From positions 1 to 64,000 of IMG/VR virus record IMGVR_UViG_3300028558_000016: a stretch of DNA of 64,000 nucleotides; one strand, given 5' to 3'. Within the stretch, counting starts at the first letter, position 1. The number at the start of each line of letters is the position of its first letter. This document shows positions 62,783 through 64,000 of the stretch, one piece after another. The translations under genes and the position numbers were made by a program. The notes beneath the pieces are model-generated. The model was given only the letters and a program-made list of their open reading frames with translations. It was not told the origin of the DNA and did no database searches.

Positions 62783-63174
62783 CAAAGAAACCGCCAATAA
62801 CAAGCTACAAGATAAAGTGGATGGACAAGCCTGAAGCACACAACTATCCTGCAGCAGAATCTTATCTTGGATTAATTTATACTGCTGTGGAAGCAAAGAA
62901 ATTGTCCAAGGATTTGAAATCAAAGAAAGTAACCTACTTTAAAGCAAAGGACATATTCAGAGCTTCCAAATTATCTCTGCTTGGAATAAGCAACTCACAC
63001 GTCGAAAAGAATTATAAGAAGATTCGTGATGGAGAAAAGATTTCACCAATACTGCTTGTGAGAGATCGCAAAAACAGAATATTGATCGTGGCTGACGGTT
63101 ACCACAGGATGTGCGCAGTGTATCATTATGACGAAGATGTTTTAATACCATGCCAAATAACAAACGGAAAATGA
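62779..63174 (+). CDS. ParB/Srx-like domain protein
   Basis: ISPILLV....IVADGYHR. Confidence 0.65.
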   Translation: MTKKPPITSYKIKWMDKPEAHNYPAAESYLGLIYTAVEAKKLSKDLKSKKVTYFKAKDIFRASKLSLLGISNSHVEKNYKKIRDGEKISPILLVRDRKNRILIVADGYHRMCAVYHYDEDVLIPCQITNGK

Positions 63175-63932
63175 AAGATAAAAACGTAATAGAAATTAAG
63201 CCTCCGGCAATGTTAGGAAAATCAAAAGAGAGATTTGACATTTTTCTTGCAGGCTCAATAGAGAACGGAAAAGCAGAACCATGGCAAGAAGCATTGGTGC
63301 AAGAGTTAGAAAAAACAGTTAAGAGACCAATAGGAATATTCAATCCTCGAAGAGAAGATTGGGATCCTACATGGAAAGAAGGAAGCAAGGAATTGATTAA
63401 CCAAATAGAATGGGAAGTTGAACGTCTCGAACAATCGGATTTGATCGTAATGTATTTACAACCTGGAACAATCTCTCCAATCTCTCTTTGGGAGCTTGGT
63501 TGCTTCTGTAAAGATGTTTATGCAATGAGAAAAAGAATGATTGTTTTATGTCCTTCTGGATTTCATAGAAAAACAAACGTAGATGTTTACTGTCAATATT
63601 TTGACATCACAATGGCTAAGGACATGAAAGATCTTATTAAAAAGACGAAGCAAGAAATAAAAGATTGGGATCCGACGCTTGATGATAAGATGCATGAATT
63701 AGGTAAAAAAATTGCTGAACTCAGTACAAACACAAAAATAAAAGAACTGAAGAAATCTCTCAAAGAGTCAAGAAAGGATTACAACAAAGCAATGGAGATT
63801 TCGTTTCAAACAAGTGAAGAGAATAATTCCCTCAAAAAAGAAATAGAGAAGCTCAAAGGAGAGAAAAAGAAAATATATTTAAGATCTCAAAAACAAGTCA
63901 CCGAAATTCAAGAATTAAAAAAGAAGAAATAA
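63150..63932 (+). CDS. Nucleoside 2-deoxyribosyltransferase-like protein with coiled-coil tail
   Basis: IFLAGSIENG...WQ, FNPRR..WD, QIEWE, SPISLWELG. Confidence 0.8.
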   Translation: MPNNKRKMKDKNVIEIKPPAMLGKSKERFDIFLAGSIENGKAEPWQEALVQELEKTVKRPIGIFNPRREDWDPTWKEGSKELINQIEWEVERLEQSDLIVMYLQPGTISPISLWELGCFCKDVYAMRKRMIVLCPSGFHRKTNVDVYCQYFDITMAKDMKDLIKKTKQEIKDWDPTLDDKMHELGKKIAELSTNTKIKELKKSLKESRKDYNKAMEISFQTSEENNSLKKEIEKLKGEKKKIYLRSQKQVTEIQELKKKK

Positions 63933-64000
63933 TGGAATTCAAATTACCAAGCGAATGCATGGAGTGCAAGACTCCTATAACAAATCAAGGACACGTAAAA
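63932..64000 (+). CDS. Partial hypothetical protein (5' end)
   Basis: TAATG overlap; MEFKLPSECMECKTPITNQGHVK, runs off the window. Confidence 0.5.
   Translation, partial: MEFKLPSECMECKTPITNQGHVK

Noticed and set aside
1-64000. Genome-wide TGA (or TAG) reassignment suggested by the interrupted release factor
   Set aside because: TGA terminates many genes in ATGA overlaps (e.g. 12285, 14472, 18031, 36048, 46662, 58012, 59349), TAG ends 3140..3337, and long conserved genes are intact in code 11.

Overview
64 kb of an AT-rich, T4-like (Tevenvirinae-style gene set) jumbo/large myophage genome, almost all on the minus strand, standard genetic code (TGA is an ordinary stop in many ATGA overlaps). 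The host is probably Bacteroidota: TAnnTTTG-type promoters, DUF5606 and a CarboxypepD_reg-like gene. Core genes include portal gp20, gp2, gp4, gp15-like, gp46/47, gp41 helicase, clamp loader, DNA ligase, two sigma factors and two thymidylate-synthase paralogues. The most striking part is 1-9.0 kb, which reads as one translation-rescue unit. A host-type promoter (8990-8997) drives a 31-aa leader ORF (8838-8933, MNSQQIFKITTGTTTTTKTGKGKPMCFGMCE*) followed by an intrinsic terminator with an alternative antiterminator pairing, i.e. a ribosome-sensing attenuator. The leader's Thr/Gly/Lys/Met/Ile/Phe/Cys codons match the anticodon set of the 14 tRNA/tRNA-like genes directly downstream. That array also holds non-canonical tRNA variants (V-arm Lys and CAT tRNAs, a Phe tRNA with a 33-nt anticodon-loop insertion) and several non-tRNA structured RNAs, four ending in an acceptor-like stem plus CCA. 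Further downstream are an RF1-like release factor gene with two in-frame UGA codons and an RNA end-healing/ligation cassette. Functions are inferred by eye from motifs; no database searches or folding programs were run.
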